A stretch of DNA of 64,000 bases from Vicinamibacteria bacterium. Lineage in GTDB: Bacteria; Acidobacteriota; Vicinamibacteria; Marinacidobacterales; Marinacidobacteraceae. Below, piece by piece: positions 19,432 to 29,169 of this stretch. The notes beneath the pieces were generated by a model that was given only the letters and a program-made list of their open reading frames with translations, ran no database searches and had not been told where the DNA came from. Location: NCBI GenBank assembly GCA_963422395.1, contig OY729431.1, positions 1,536,001-1,600,000 of the forward strand, written 5' to 3'. Numbering within the stretch: position 1 is the stretch's first letter; every line of letters begins with the position of its first letter. A program made the translations under genes and the position numbers.

Positions 19432-19885
19432 GAGCGGGCCGGGCCGATCGGCGGCGAACCACCACTCGCTGAGCCGAAGCCCCGAGGAGACCATCGCCGC
19501 GGCTTTTCGGCTGGCCGCGGGCCACCCCGGCTGCCGGGCCTTCTACCTCGAAGGCGGCCTCGGAGCGGGGAAGACGGTGTTCGCCAAGGGGCTCGCCCGC
19601 CACTACGGAGTGGACCCGCGGCAGGTCACGAGTCCGACCTTCGCCCTGGTCCAGCGCTACGGCGAAGGGACGCGTCCGCTCTACCACCTCGACCTCTATC
19701 GGATCGAGCGCGCCGAAGAGCTCGAGGAGCTCGGTATCGAGGAGATGGAAGAAGAGGATGCGGTGGTGATCGTGGAGTGGCCGGAACGGCTCGGGCGATT
19801 TCTCCGGGAGGATGCGATCCGGGTGCGGCTCGACCGGCAGGCCGACGGGACTCGGCATATCGAGTTCCGGTGGGAGGAGCGTTAG
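19424..19885 (+). CDS. tsaE: tRNA threonylcarbamoyladenosine biosynthesis ATPase
   Basis: GGLGAGKT, VTSPTF, HLDLYR, IVEWPE; follows nnr as usual. Confidence 0.93.
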   Translation: MCESGPGRSAANHHSLSRSPEETIAAAFRLAAGHPGCRAFYLEGGLGAGKTVFAKGLARHYGVDPRQVTSPTFALVQRYGEGTRPLYHLDLYRIERAEELEELGIEEMEEEDAVVIVEWPERLGRFLREDAIRVRLDRQADGTRHIEFRWEER

Positions 19886-20554
19886 CAGCCTGTGGTTTTT
19901 CGGATGGGGGATGGTGTGGCGGGATGGGGAGGGATTAGTGTAGGAGTCATGTCATTAGGACGAACACCACGGGAGAGGCAGGGGAAGCTCTGGATTGCGA
20001 CTGCGGAGCTGCCGCGACCCGGCGGCGGATCGATTTGGAGACGCACGAGGCGGTGAATGCCTGGATCCTGCGGCGGTTGCGGGAAGCGGGCCTGTTTCGG
20101 GGGAAGACCCTGGGAGTGGCGGTGCATCCGGGGCCGAGCGGCGACACCGGGACGGTGGGCAAGACGCTGGAAGCGATGGATCGGACGCTCCCGGCGGCGA
20201 AAGCGGAGCTGCCCACCGCCGATGGGGGGCACCGGGAGGCGCAGACGGCAAAGCGCGAGGGCACACCAACCTGCGGAAGCGCCTGCTCCTCCATGTCGGC
20301 GGCTTCGATCTGGCTCTCCTGATGCGCTCTCACACCGGGTTCGGTACTCCCCGGCAGTTGCAAAACCGGGCTCTGGCGCGTTTTCTTGCGAAAACAGCAC
20401 TCATGGGACGGCTCATGCCGCGTCTGAGGGCTGCTGGCGCCCTCCTGCACCCCTTGGGCGGCGCCAACTCACTTCGCAGCTCCCGGCGACCAGGCCTCAC
20501 TGTTCCGTCCCCTCCCCCACCTTCGTCGTCGATCAGCCTTTCCACCACAGGCTG
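19886..20554 (+). mobile_element. Internally deleted DDE insertion sequence (IS5/IS1182-like)
   Basis: 11-bp TIR CAGCCTGTGGT at both ends, flanked by TTAG and CTAT; AGGAG plus ATG 19949; three transposase-like fragments in different frames (MSLGRTPRERQGKLWIATAELPR; RRRIDLETHEAVNAWILRRL..GKTLGV; RGHTNLRKRLLLHVGGFDLALLMR..GTPRQLQ). Confidence 0.8.
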
Positions 20555-20555
20555 C

Positions 20556-21956
20556 TATGGCAGGAGTCGGAAGAGAAGCTTCCGCAGCCGCGTCGGCGGG
20601 TCAATCCTCGCGCTCACCGCCTCGGCGGCGGCGGCCTGCGGCGGCGGATCTTCCGGGTCCGCTCCCGCGGAACGGGCCAACCTGCTGCTGATCACGGTTT
20701 CCTCGCTCCGTGCCGACCACCTCGGAATCTACGGCTACCCGCGGAACCAGACACCCCGGCTCGATCTGTTCGGGGCCTCGGGAGCGGTGTTCCTCGAAGC
20801 CACCACCCCCTGGCCCGAGACCGGACGCGCGGCAGCCGCTGTGCTGACCGGGCGGGACCCGGCCCGGATCACCCGCGGCGAGCCGGCGCGCCTGCTCGAC
20901 TCTGTCGGCCTCGGCGGAACGCTCCGGGGCGCCGGGTACCGCACCCTCGCCGCAGTGAGCCATCCGGCACTCGCCGCCGAGCTCGGTTTCGCGCGGAGTT
21001 TCGACGAATTCCGGGAGCACTGGAACGCCCCGCCGGCCGAGGCCACTGCCGCCATCGCCGCTTTCGGAGCGGAGATCGTCGTAGCGGACTCGGAACAGCC
21101 TTTCTTCCTCTGGCTCCACTTCTCGGCCCCCGCGCCTCCCCACGAACCGCCCGACGGAGATCTCGCCGCAGTAGCGGCCGACGGCTTCACCCCCTCGGGG
21201 CCCCGCTTCCGCCCGGGCGCGGCGCCCGCGAGAACGGACCCTGCCGAGACCGGCTACGGCGAAGCGGTGGATCGCTACGACGCTGCGATCCGGTCCGTGG
21301 ACCGCGCAGTGGGTCGGGTGCTGGACGCGCTCGCCGGCGGGCCGGCAGCCGGGAGGACGTTGGCAGCGATCGCCGGGCTCCACGGGGAATCGCTCGGAGA
21401 ACATGCACCGGTCTTCACCCGTCCCCTCCCCCTCTTTCGGGAGACGCTCCGGGCGCCGCTGCTCCTCGGTTGGCCCGGCGGGGACGCTTCCCGCGTGCCC
21501 TCCGGAGTCCGTTTCGGCTCCGCGGTCGGCCTCGCCGACATCTCGCCGACCGCGCTCGCGCTGATCGGCGTTCCGGCTCCCGAGACGCCCCCCGAAGGGG
21601 TGATCGGCAAGTCGCTCGTTCCCGCGCTCCGCGGCGAGGACCCGCGGCCCCACCGCCGGCTCTACGCGCAGTCGGAGAACGGACTCTTCGGGATCTTCGA
21701 CGGCCGGCTGCGGATGTTGCGGATCCCGGTTCCGGGACAGGAGGCACCGCTCTTCGCCCTCTTCGACCTGACCCGGGACCCCGAGGAAGCCGACAACCGT
21801 TACCCCGCTGCGGGCCCTTCGCTGGAACCGCTGCGGGCGCAGCTCGAGACCCGGCGGATCCGGACCGTCGCCTGGCGGCAGGAGAACGAACGGGGCGCCG
21901 CCGCCGAAGTCTCGGTCGAACTCGCCGCCGCGCTCTCCGCTCGTACCCGCCGCTGA
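20556..21956 (+). CDS. Sulfatase-fold lipoprotein-like protein with degenerate active site; start codon unclear
   Basis: NLLLITVSSLRADHLG, TPRLD, PFFLWLHF..PH, YDAAIRSVD, HGESLGEH, DISPT, LFDLTRDPEE; AAAAC lipobox-like. Confidence 0.75.
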   Translation, partial: YGRSRKRSFRSRVGGSILALTASAAAACGGGSSGSAPAERANLLLITVSSLRADHLGIYGYPRNQTPRLDLFGASGAVFLEATTPWPETGRAAAAVLTGRDPARITRGEPARLLDSVGLGGTLRGAGYRTLAAVSHPALAAELGFARSFDEFREHWNAPPAEATAAIAAFGAEIVVADSEQPFFLWLHFSAPAPPHEPPDGDLAAVAADGFTPSGPRFRPGAAPARTDPAETGYGEAVDRYDAAIRSVDRAVGRVLDALAGGPAAGRTLAAIAGLHGESLGEHAPVFTRPLPLFRETLRAPLLLGWPGGDASRVPSGVRFGSAVGLADISPTALALIGVPAPETPPEGVIGKSLVPALRGEDPRPHRRLYAQSENGLFGIFDGRLRMLRIPVPGQEAPLFALFDLTRDPEEADNRYPAAGPSLEPLRAQLETRRIRTVAWRQENERGAAAEVSVELAAALSARTRR

Positions 21957-22018
21957 CCGACCGGCGCCGAGCGCGTCGCTCCTCCGCGCGGCGGGAATGC
22001 CCTCGCTATATTCGCGGC

Positions 22019-22552
22019 ATGGATCGAAACCCCGCCCCAGGCGGTCGGATCGCCGACATCTGCCGCGAAAAATTGCTCGCCGAGTTCCTGCCCCGCCTCG
22101 AGGCGGCGGTGGCCCGGCTCTCCGACGAGGACTTGTGGCGGCGACCGAACGAGGCGAGCAATAGCGTCGGCAACCTCGTCCTCCATCTCGAAGGAAATGT
22201 CCGGCAGTGGATCGTCTCCGGGCTCGGAGGCGCCCCCGATACCCGGAAGCGGCGGCGGGAATTCGAAGTCCGGGGGCCGCTCCCGCGAGCAGAGATCCTC
22301 GGCGTCCTGCGGAGCGCCGTCGAGGAAGCCGATCGGGTGATCGCCGGCCTCGATCCCGGAGAACTCCGCCGCGTCCGACGGGTCCAGGCGTTCGAAGTGG
22401 ACGGCTTCGAAATCCTCGTTCATGTGGTCGAGCACTTTTCCTGCCACCTCGGGCAGATCGTTTATGCGGTGAAAGCGGCCCGCAACGAGGACCTCGGCTT
22501 CTACGCCGGAGTCGCGCTCGACCGCACGGGAACCGGGTTCCTCCCGGAGTAA
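22019..22552 (+). CDS. DinB/DUF1572 family protein
   Basis: LSDEDLWRRPNEASNSVGNLVLHLEGN, HVVEHFSCHLGQI. Confidence 0.85.
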   Translation: MDRNPAPGGRIADICREKLLAEFLPRLEAAVARLSDEDLWRRPNEASNSVGNLVLHLEGNVRQWIVSGLGGAPDTRKRRREFEVRGPLPRAEILGVLRSAVEEADRVIAGLDPGELRRVRRVQAFEVDGFEILVHVVEHFSCHLGQIVYAVKAARNEDLGFYAGVALDRTGTGFLPE

Positions 22553-22567
22553 CCTTCCCCCGAGTCG

Positions 22568-23551
22568 ATGAGCTTCCGGAACCCGTGCGGCCGCGGGCTG
22601 CTCGCGGCAGCGGCCCCGCTCGGCGGTGCTCTGCTCCTCCTGCCCTCCTGTTCGCTTCTGGCCGGGATGGCGGTGAACTCGCTTTCGGCGGTGCTCTCGA
22701 AGAGCGAAGCGGTGTACCGCTCGGACGACGACCTCCAGCTCGTGGAAGGGGCGCTGGCGAACAACCTGAAGCTGATCGAAACGCTGCTCGAGTCGGATCC
22801 GGAACACCGGGAGATGCTGCTCAGCGCCACGAAGGGCTTTCTGCTCTATGCCTATGGGTTCGTCGAACCGGAGCTGTTCGATCTCGACTTCACCCAGTTC
22901 GCGGAAAAGCAGGCGGTGCGGACCCGGGCAGCGCGGCTCTACCGGCGCGCCGCCGACTTCGGAATGCGCGGCCTCACCGTGAACCATCCGGGAATCGAAG
23001 CGCGCCTCCGACTCGATCCCGAGGCGGCGGCTCTCGAACTCGAGGAGGACGACGCCGCGCTCGCCCTCTGGACCGGTACCGCGATGGGAGCGCGCATCGC
23101 CATGGAGACCGACAACCCCGAAGCCACCGCCGATCTCGCGGTGATGGGCGCGCTGCTCTATCGGGTCCTCGACCTCGACGATACCGTGGACGGCGGGGTG
23201 GCGTACGACTACCTGAGCATCTACGAGACCGCGCGGATCGGCGGATCCCTCGAACGGGCGCGGGAGTTCTACGAACATGCCCTCGAGATCGGCCCGACCC
23301 GCCGGCCGGTGCTGTGGTCCACCTGGGCCGAAACCGGTTCCGTCGCTACCGGAAACCGCGGCGAATTCGAGACGCTGCTGCGCCGGACGCTGGATTTCGA
23401 CATCGATAGCGAGCCGGAGGGCAGGCTGCTGAACCGGGTGGCACAGGAGCGCGCTGCCTGGCTGCTCGAGAACATCGAGGACTACTTCCTCGACGACCTG
23501 GAAGACGGATCGGAAGGATCCGGATTTCGAGAACGAGGATCGGAGGGATGA
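22568..23551 (+). CDS. TRAP transporter TatT (T) component lipoprotein
   Basis: Lipobox LPSC, DDDLQLV..AL..LKLIETLL..DP, YAYGFV; directly upstream of dctP. Confidence 0.8.
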   Translation: MSFRNPCGRGLLAAAAPLGGALLLLPSCSLLAGMAVNSLSAVLSKSEAVYRSDDDLQLVEGALANNLKLIETLLESDPEHREMLLSATKGFLLYAYGFVEPELFDLDFTQFAEKQAVRTRAARLYRRAADFGMRGLTVNHPGIEARLRLDPEAAALELEEDDAALALWTGTAMGARIAMETDNPEATADLAVMGALLYRVLDLDDTVDGGVAYDYLSIYETARIGGSLERAREFYEHALEIGPTRRPVLWSTWAETGSVATGNRGEFETLLRRTLDFDIDSEPEGRLLNRVAQERAAWLLENIEDYFLDDLEDGSEGSGFRERGSEG

Positions 23552-24588
23552 GGATTCGACTCATGGCGACCATCACGAAGCGGCACTTTCTCCGCCCCGC
23601 GGCGGCCTTGGCGCTGGCGGCAGCGTTTCTGCCGGGGAGCAGCGCCGAAGCGCGCGTCGCCCTGCGTCTCGCGACGGTGGCGCCCAAGGGCTCGGCCTGG
23701 CACCTGATCCTCGAAAAGATGACCGCCGCGATCGGCCGCGAAACCGGCGGCGAGGTGCGCATCCGCATCCTCGCGGGAGGAGCCGCAGGCGACGAGACCG
23801 ACACGATCCGCAAGATGCGGATCGGCCAGGTGCATCTCGCCGCAGTGTCGAACGCGGGGCTCGCCGAATTGGACGCCAGCGCCTGGACCCTGTCCATCCC
23901 GATGATCTTCCGGGATTACGCCGAGTGGGACCATGTCCGGGAAGCGGTGAATCCCACGATTGCGGAGTCGCTGCAGGAGCATGGCTTCCGGGTGCTGGCG
24001 TGGGCGGATGTCGGCTGGCTCCACTTCTTCGCCAAAGAGCCGGTGCGAACCCTCGAAGATCTCCAGAGCCTTCGCCTCGCCGGGTCGGCGACCGACCAGA
24101 CGGCGGTGGATCTGCTGCGCTGGGCCGGCTTCGATCCGGTTCCCATCAACACCGTGGAAATGGTGAGCGGCTTCCAGACCGGGCTGATCGAAGCCGCGGC
24201 GCTGCCGATCATCCTCGCCGAGGGCTCGCAGCTCTACCGCTCGGCGGAGTTCATGAACGATCTCAAGTGGGCGCCGCTCCAGGCCGCCTTGATCGTCCAC
24301 GACACGGGCTGGGAGATGCTCGACCCTTCGCAGCAGGAGGTGATTCGGAGGCTCGCCGCCGAGGCCGCCGCGGAGTTCCGGCGGACGAATCGCGAGCAGG
24401 AGCAGCGGTCGCTCGCGGCGATGGAGAGCCGCGGGCTCGAGGTGATCGAGGCCTCTCCGGAGTTCGAGGCGGCTTGGATCGAGGCAGCGGCGAAGACCTA
24501 CCCGCTGGTTCGCGAGAGGTTGGTCCCGGCACCGGTATTCGACCGCGTCGTCCGCCTTCGCGACGAGTTCCGCGCAGCGCATGAGTAG
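23548..24588 (+). CDS. dctP: TRAP transporter substrate-binding protein
   Basis: LRLATVAPKGSAW, GGAAGDE..IRKMRIGQ, GFRVLAWADVGW. Confidence 0.88.
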   Translation: MRIRLMATITKRHFLRPAAALALAAAFLPGSSAEARVALRLATVAPKGSAWHLILEKMTAAIGRETGGEVRIRILAGGAAGDETDTIRKMRIGQVHLAAVSNAGLAELDASAWTLSIPMIFRDYAEWDHVREAVNPTIAESLQEHGFRVLAWADVGWLHFFAKEPVRTLEDLQSLRLAGSATDQTAVDLLRWAGFDPVPINTVEMVSGFQTGLIEAAALPIILAEGSQLYRSAEFMNDLKWAPLQAALIVHDTGWEMLDPSQQEVIRRLAAEAAAEFRRTNREQEQRSLAAMESRGLEVIEASPEFEAAWIEAAAKTYPLVRERLVPAPVFDRVVRLRDEFRAAHE

Positions 24589-26413
24589 CGGCGGGGCGCC
24601 GCCCCGCGCCCGGTTCGCTGTCTTCGAGGACGCCATCGCAGTTTCTGCGCTCGTCCTCATGGCGGCGATCCCCATCGTGGAAGCCGCGATCCGTCCTCTC
24701 CATCCCACGGGGATCCCCGGTTCCACCATGTGGGTGCAACACCTCGCGCTCTGGGTGGGATTCCTCGGTGCCGCGGTCGCCGCCCGCCGGGGCGAACTGC
24801 TCGCCCTGACCGCCGGTCCGAGCGTGGCCTCAGACATATGGAAACCGCGGTTCGCTTCGCTGTCCGGCGCAGTGGGAGTCGTGGTATCGGTCGTCCTCGC
24901 CTACGCGAGCGTGGTGCTGATTCGGGCCGAGTGGCAGGGCGGGCGCGAGTTGGCGCTCGGGGTCCCGGTCTGGGCCGCCGAAGGGATCATGCCGGTCGGT
25001 TTCGTCCTGATCGGCTGGCGGATATTCCGAAGGATCCCGACGCGCTGGGGCCGCTGGACCGCCATCCTCGGGCTCGCGCTGCCGCTCCTCCTCCACGAAG
25101 GGCTCCTCGGTTTCGATCTCACCGAGAGCGGCCTCGCCTGGCCGCTCCTCGCGCTGATCCTGGTGGCTGCCGCCCTCGGAGCTCCCATCTTCGTCGCGCT
25201 CGGCGGCGCTGCCGCGGTGCTCCTCTGGAGTAACTGGGATCCGGTGTCGGCAGTCTCCGCCGAGGCCTACGGCATGGTCAGCAAGCCGACGCTGCCGACC
25301 ATCCCCCTGTTCACCCTCGCCGGCTACATCCTCGCCGAGGGCGGCGCCCCGAAGCGGCTGGTGGTGCTCTTCCGGGGACTGTTCGGCTGGATGCCAGGCG
25401 GGGTGGCGGTAGTGGCCATCGTGGTCTCGGCGTTCTTCACCTGCTTCACCGGCGGAAGCGGGGTGACGATCCTGGCGATGGGCGGCCTCATGTTCCCCAT
25501 GCTGCTCGCCGACGGACACCGACCGAAGTTCTCGACCGGCCTCCTCACCTCGGCGGGCTCGCTGGGCCTCCTGTTTCCGCCTTCGCTGGCGGTGATCCTC
25601 TACGGGCTGGTCGCCGAGGTGGACATCCCCCGACTCTTCGTGGCCGGGTTCGTTCCGGCATTGCTCGAGATCGCTCTGGTGGCCGGGTTCACGATCTTCG
25701 CGACCCGCCGCTTCGCCGGGAAGACCATCCCCTTTCGCCCCCGGGAAGCGCTCCGGTCGCTCGGAACCGCGAAGTGGGAAGCGGCGATTCCCTTCGTCGT
25801 GCTCGGGTCGGTGCTCTCCGGCTTCGCGACCTTGGTGGAGGCGGCGGCGATCACCGTGCTCTATGCCCTGTTCATCGAGTTCGTCGTCCACCGCGAGGGA
25901 AAGACGCTCGGAGACCTCGTTCGCATCGGCGGGAATGCAGTGACCCTGATCGGCGGGGTGCTGCTGATCCTGGGCACTGCGCTCGGGTTGACGAACTACC
26001 TGATCTTCGCCGACATCCCGGGAACTGCAGTCCTGTGGGTCCAGTCCTTCGTCGCCTCGCCGCTCTTCTTCCTGCTGCTCCTGAACCTGTTCCTGCTGGT
26101 GACCGGCTGTCTGATGGACATCTACTCGGCGGTGGTGGTCGTCGTGCCGCTCGCCGCTCCCCTGGGGCTCGCCTACGGGGTGGACCCGCTGCATCTCGGG
26201 ATCATCTTTCTCACGAACCTGGAACTCGGCTACCTGACCCCGCCGGTGGGGATGAATCTGTTCCTCGCTTCTTACCGCTTCCGGCGGCCGCTCGGGGAGG
26301 TGTACCGGGCGACGCTGCCGTTCCTCGCCATCCGGGCGGGCGCAGTGCTGCTCGTGACCTATGTCCCCTGGCTCACGCTGACCCTTCCGCGCCTCGTGTT
26401 CGGCAGCGGGTAG
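24581..26413 (+). CDS. TRAP transporter fused small/large permease (DctQM)
   Basis: IPLFTLAG, FTGGSGVTI, GSLGLLFPPSL, GYLTPPVGMNLF; 610 aa with extra N-terminal TMs. Confidence 0.9.
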   Translation: MSSGGAPPRARFAVFEDAIAVSALVLMAAIPIVEAAIRPLHPTGIPGSTMWVQHLALWVGFLGAAVAARRGELLALTAGPSVASDIWKPRFASLSGAVGVVVSVVLAYASVVLIRAEWQGGRELALGVPVWAAEGIMPVGFVLIGWRIFRRIPTRWGRWTAILGLALPLLLHEGLLGFDLTESGLAWPLLALILVAAALGAPIFVALGGAAAVLLWSNWDPVSAVSAEAYGMVSKPTLPTIPLFTLAGYILAEGGAPKRLVVLFRGLFGWMPGGVAVVAIVVSAFFTCFTGGSGVTILAMGGLMFPMLLADGHRPKFSTGLLTSAGSLGLLFPPSLAVILYGLVAEVDIPRLFVAGFVPALLEIALVAGFTIFATRRFAGKTIPFRPREALRSLGTAKWEAAIPFVVLGSVLSGFATLVEAAAITVLYALFIEFVVHREGKTLGDLVRIGGNAVTLIGGVLLILGTALGLTNYLIFADIPGTAVLWVQSFVASPLFFLLLLNLFLLVTGCLMDIYSAVVVVVPLAAPLGLAYGVDPLHLGIIFLTNLELGYLTPPVGMNLFLASYRFRRPLGEVYRATLPFLAIRAGAVLLVTYVPWLTLTLPRLVFGSG

Positions 26414-26456
26414 CAGGGGAACGTCCGCCGGCGCGGTTCACCGAGGAGGACTCGCA

Positions 26457-27716
26457 ATGGATTTCGAGATCGCCCACGGGAAGCGCCGACGCCGCGTACG
26501 GCGGCTCTGGTTCCTCGGCGGGGGTGCGGGTGCGGTCGGCCTGATCGCGGTGCTGCTCGGGCGGATCGCTCCGGCCGTCCCCGAGGTGCACCGTGCGGTC
26601 GTCTGGAGCGGAGTCGTCGAGCGCGGAGAGATGGTCCGTGAGGTTCGGGGGCCGGGCAGCCTGCAGGTGCCGCCCGAGGAAATCCGCTGGCTGGCCGCGG
26701 AGACCGGCGGACGGGTGGAGGAGCGCCGGGTATTGCCGGGGACGCCGGTGGAGGCGGATACCGTGCTGCTGCTGTTGTCGAATCCGGAACTGGAGCAGCA
26801 GACTCGGGAGGCGGAACTCCAGCTGCGCGCCCACGAGGCGGAACTCCGGAAGCTGGATCGTCAGGCCGAGGCCGATCTCCTGGAGCAGCAGAGTGCGGCA
26901 GAACAGCTCGCCGCCGCCGCGGCGAAGGCCCGCCGGCGCGCCGAGGCGGACCGGAAACTGCTCGACGCCGGGCTCATCGGAGAGCTGATCCACCGCCGGA
27001 GCGCGGGGCAGTCCGAGGAACTCGAAATCCGCTATGCGCTGGAAGAGGAACGACTCGCCATCCTCGCCGACTCCGCCGCCGCGCAGTTCACCTCCAAGGA
27101 AGCCACCGTGGCCCGCTACCGGGCGGTGTTCGACCTCAGAGCGCGTCAGCTCGCCGCCCTGGAAGTACGTGCTGGAGGACGGGGCATCCTGCTCGAACTG
27201 GCGGTGGAGGTGGGACAGGAGGTGACGCCGGGCCAGAATCTGGCGCGCGTCGCCGACCCTCGGGAACTGAGCGCGGTGCTGCGGGTGGCCGAAACCCAGG
27301 CCAGCGATGTCGCTCCCGGCCAGCGCGCCCTCGTGGACACCCGCAATGGGGTGGTTCCGGGGGTGGTGACCCGGGTGGACCCCGCAGTGCGCGAGGGATC
27401 GGTGGCGGTGGACATCCGGCTCGAAGGCGAACTGCCTGCCGGGGCGCGGCCCGAGCTCTCGGTGGAGGGCAGGATCCAACTGGAACGCATCGTGGACACC
27501 CTCCATATGGGCCGCCCGGCCTACGGGCAGCCCGGCAGTACCGTCGGCCTGTTCCGGATCGCCGCCGACGGCGAGAGCGCGGTGCGCGTCCCGGTCCGGC
27601 TCGGACGCGGTTCGGTGAACCGCATCGAGGTACTCGACGGCCTCGCCGAAGGCGACGAGATCATCCTCTCCGACACTTCCGCATGGGACGCTTGGGACCG
27701 CATTCGCATCCGCTAG
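26457..27716 (+). CDS. Efflux periplasmic adaptor (HlyD/MFP, ABC-exporter type)
   Basis: VERGEMVREVRGPG, LSNPEL, coiled hairpin, DTRNG, VTRVDP, RPELSVEG, GLAEGDEIILSD; GAGGAGG RBS. Confidence 0.88.
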   Translation: MDFEIAHGKRRRRVRRLWFLGGGAGAVGLIAVLLGRIAPAVPEVHRAVVWSGVVERGEMVREVRGPGSLQVPPEEIRWLAAETGGRVEERRVLPGTPVEADTVLLLLSNPELEQQTREAELQLRAHEAELRKLDRQAEADLLEQQSAAEQLAAAAAKARRRAEADRKLLDAGLIGELIHRRSAGQSEELEIRYALEEERLAILADSAAAQFTSKEATVARYRAVFDLRARQLAALEVRAGGRGILLELAVEVGQEVTPGQNLARVADPRELSAVLRVAETQASDVAPGQRALVDTRNGVVPGVVTRVDPAVREGSVAVDIRLEGELPAGARPELSVEGRIQLERIVDTLHMGRPAYGQPGSTVGLFRIAADGESAVRVPVRLGRGSVNRIEVLDGLAEGDEIILSDTSAWDAWDRIRIR

Positions 27717-27717
27717 G

Positions 27718-28189
27718 TGTGCAAGCTCACCAGGTTGTTGAGGGGGAAGTCGAGGGCCTGGATGGGGGGTCGGTGATGGAGGCTGGTGTGAGGCCGGTGC
27801 CAGTTGTATCGGTGGAGCCAGGCGGGCAGTTGGGCGGCGCGCTGTTCGGAGCTCTGGTAGGTGTGTGCGTAGGCCCATTCTCTGAGAACGGTTTGGATGA
27901 AGCGCTCGGCTTTTCCGTTGGTTCGGGGGGTGAATGGACGGGTGTAGAGGTGTCGGATGCTTGCCTGTTCGCATCGTTGGTTGAAGAGGCGGGAGCGGTA
28001 GCAGCCGCCATCGTCGGTGAGGAGGCGTTGCACGGGGATAGCGAGGCGATGGAAGAAGGCGAGGGCGTCGGTGAGGAAGGCGGCGGCGCTACGGGCGGAT
28101 TCGTCGGGGAGGATTTTGGAGAAAGCGAGGCGGGAGTGGTCGTCGTCTCGGGCATCGGGCTCGCGTGAACAACCTACCGCAAGGTCATG
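27718..28189 (-). mobile_element. Internally deleted IS481-family element (472 bp)
   Basis: 6-bp direct repeat GCTAGG at 27712-27717 and 28190-28195; both ends carry AGGTTGTT at offset 15; only the integrase-core C-terminus remains (DDHSRLAF..LLTDDG..TPRTNGKAERFIQT..YNWHRPH..NNLVSLHT). Confidence 0.88.
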
Positions 28190-28269
28190 GCTAGGAGGCT
28201 GCGCCGCAGGTAAAGAACGACCCCCACTGCTGTTAGTCTGCGGCCCGGAAAAACCGGGAGGAGCTTCCC

Positions 28270-29124
28270 ATGAGACGGATCGGCGCATCGCTCGCGCTTC
28301 TCGTCTGGATGCCGTCGGTCGCCCTCGGGACCTGGTCGGTGATCGCCGTGGATCGGAATTCGGGACAAGTCATCATCGCCTCCGCCACCTGCGTTCGACA
28401 GTCGAGATTCCCTCCTCGGCCGGCGAGAGATCTGATGGATGTACAGGCGGTGATCGTGCCGGGAGCGGGAGTAGCCGCCTGTCAGGCAGGCGTCGACGAC
28501 ACCCGCGCCAATCAAAATCTCGTTTACGAGGAGCTCCGGAAGGGGACCGACCCGAAGCGGATCATCGAGCTGTTGCGCGAGCAGGAGAACCGAAAAGACG
28601 AATCGATGATGGAGCGTCGTCAGTTCGGCATCCTCGATCTGCAGGGGCGCAGCGCCGGCTTCAACGGGGAGGAGAACAGCCCCGCTTCCCTCTACCGGTC
28701 GGGGCAAGTGGGCGAAGACATCTTCTTTCAGGTCCAGGGGAACATCCTGTTCAGCGACGGTGTCGCGCAAGACGCAGCGCTCGCGTTCACGAAGACCGAC
28801 GGAACCCTGGCCGACCGGGTGATGGCCGCCATGGAAGCGGCCGACGAAGCCGGCGGCGACCGCCGATGCACCTGTGAAGAAGAGCCCCGACCGGCTGCTC
28901 CATGCTCTGGAAAGACTTCGCATGTGGCCTACATCGCCATCGCCGACCGGGACGACCCGACGGGACGGTCGCACAACGACGGTGACTACTACGCTTACCT
29001 CAGCGTGACCGATGAGGACATCCAGCCGCACGAGAACGCCAACCCGGTCATCACGCTTCGGCTTCGCTACGACGACTGGAAGAACGCCGGAAGCAGCAGG
29101 ACCGGCGTGCCGGCGTCGCGGTGA
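28270..29124 (+). CDS. DUF1028 family (Ntn-hydrolase-like) exported protein
   Basis: Signal then TWSVIAVD..ASATC, RQFGILD, QGNIL, AMEAAD..GGDRRC. Confidence 0.82.
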   Translation: MRRIGASLALLVWMPSVALGTWSVIAVDRNSGQVIIASATCVRQSRFPPRPARDLMDVQAVIVPGAGVAACQAGVDDTRANQNLVYEELRKGTDPKRIIELLREQENRKDESMMERRQFGILDLQGRSAGFNGEENSPASLYRSGQVGEDIFFQVQGNILFSDGVAQDAALAFTKTDGTLADRVMAAMEAADEAGGDRRCTCEEEPRPAAPCSGKTSHVAYIAIADRDDPTGRSHNDGDYYAYLSVTDEDIQPHENANPVITLRLRYDDWKNAGSSRTGVPASR

Positions 29125-29169
29125 TCCCGAAGTGATCGCCGCGCCGCCGAGTGCGCCCCCGGGGAGGAG

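Noticed and set aside
19995-21956. 653-aa ORF as one genuine protein
   Set aside because: The first ~187 codons lie in the IS relic; reported as element plus sulfatase-like gene
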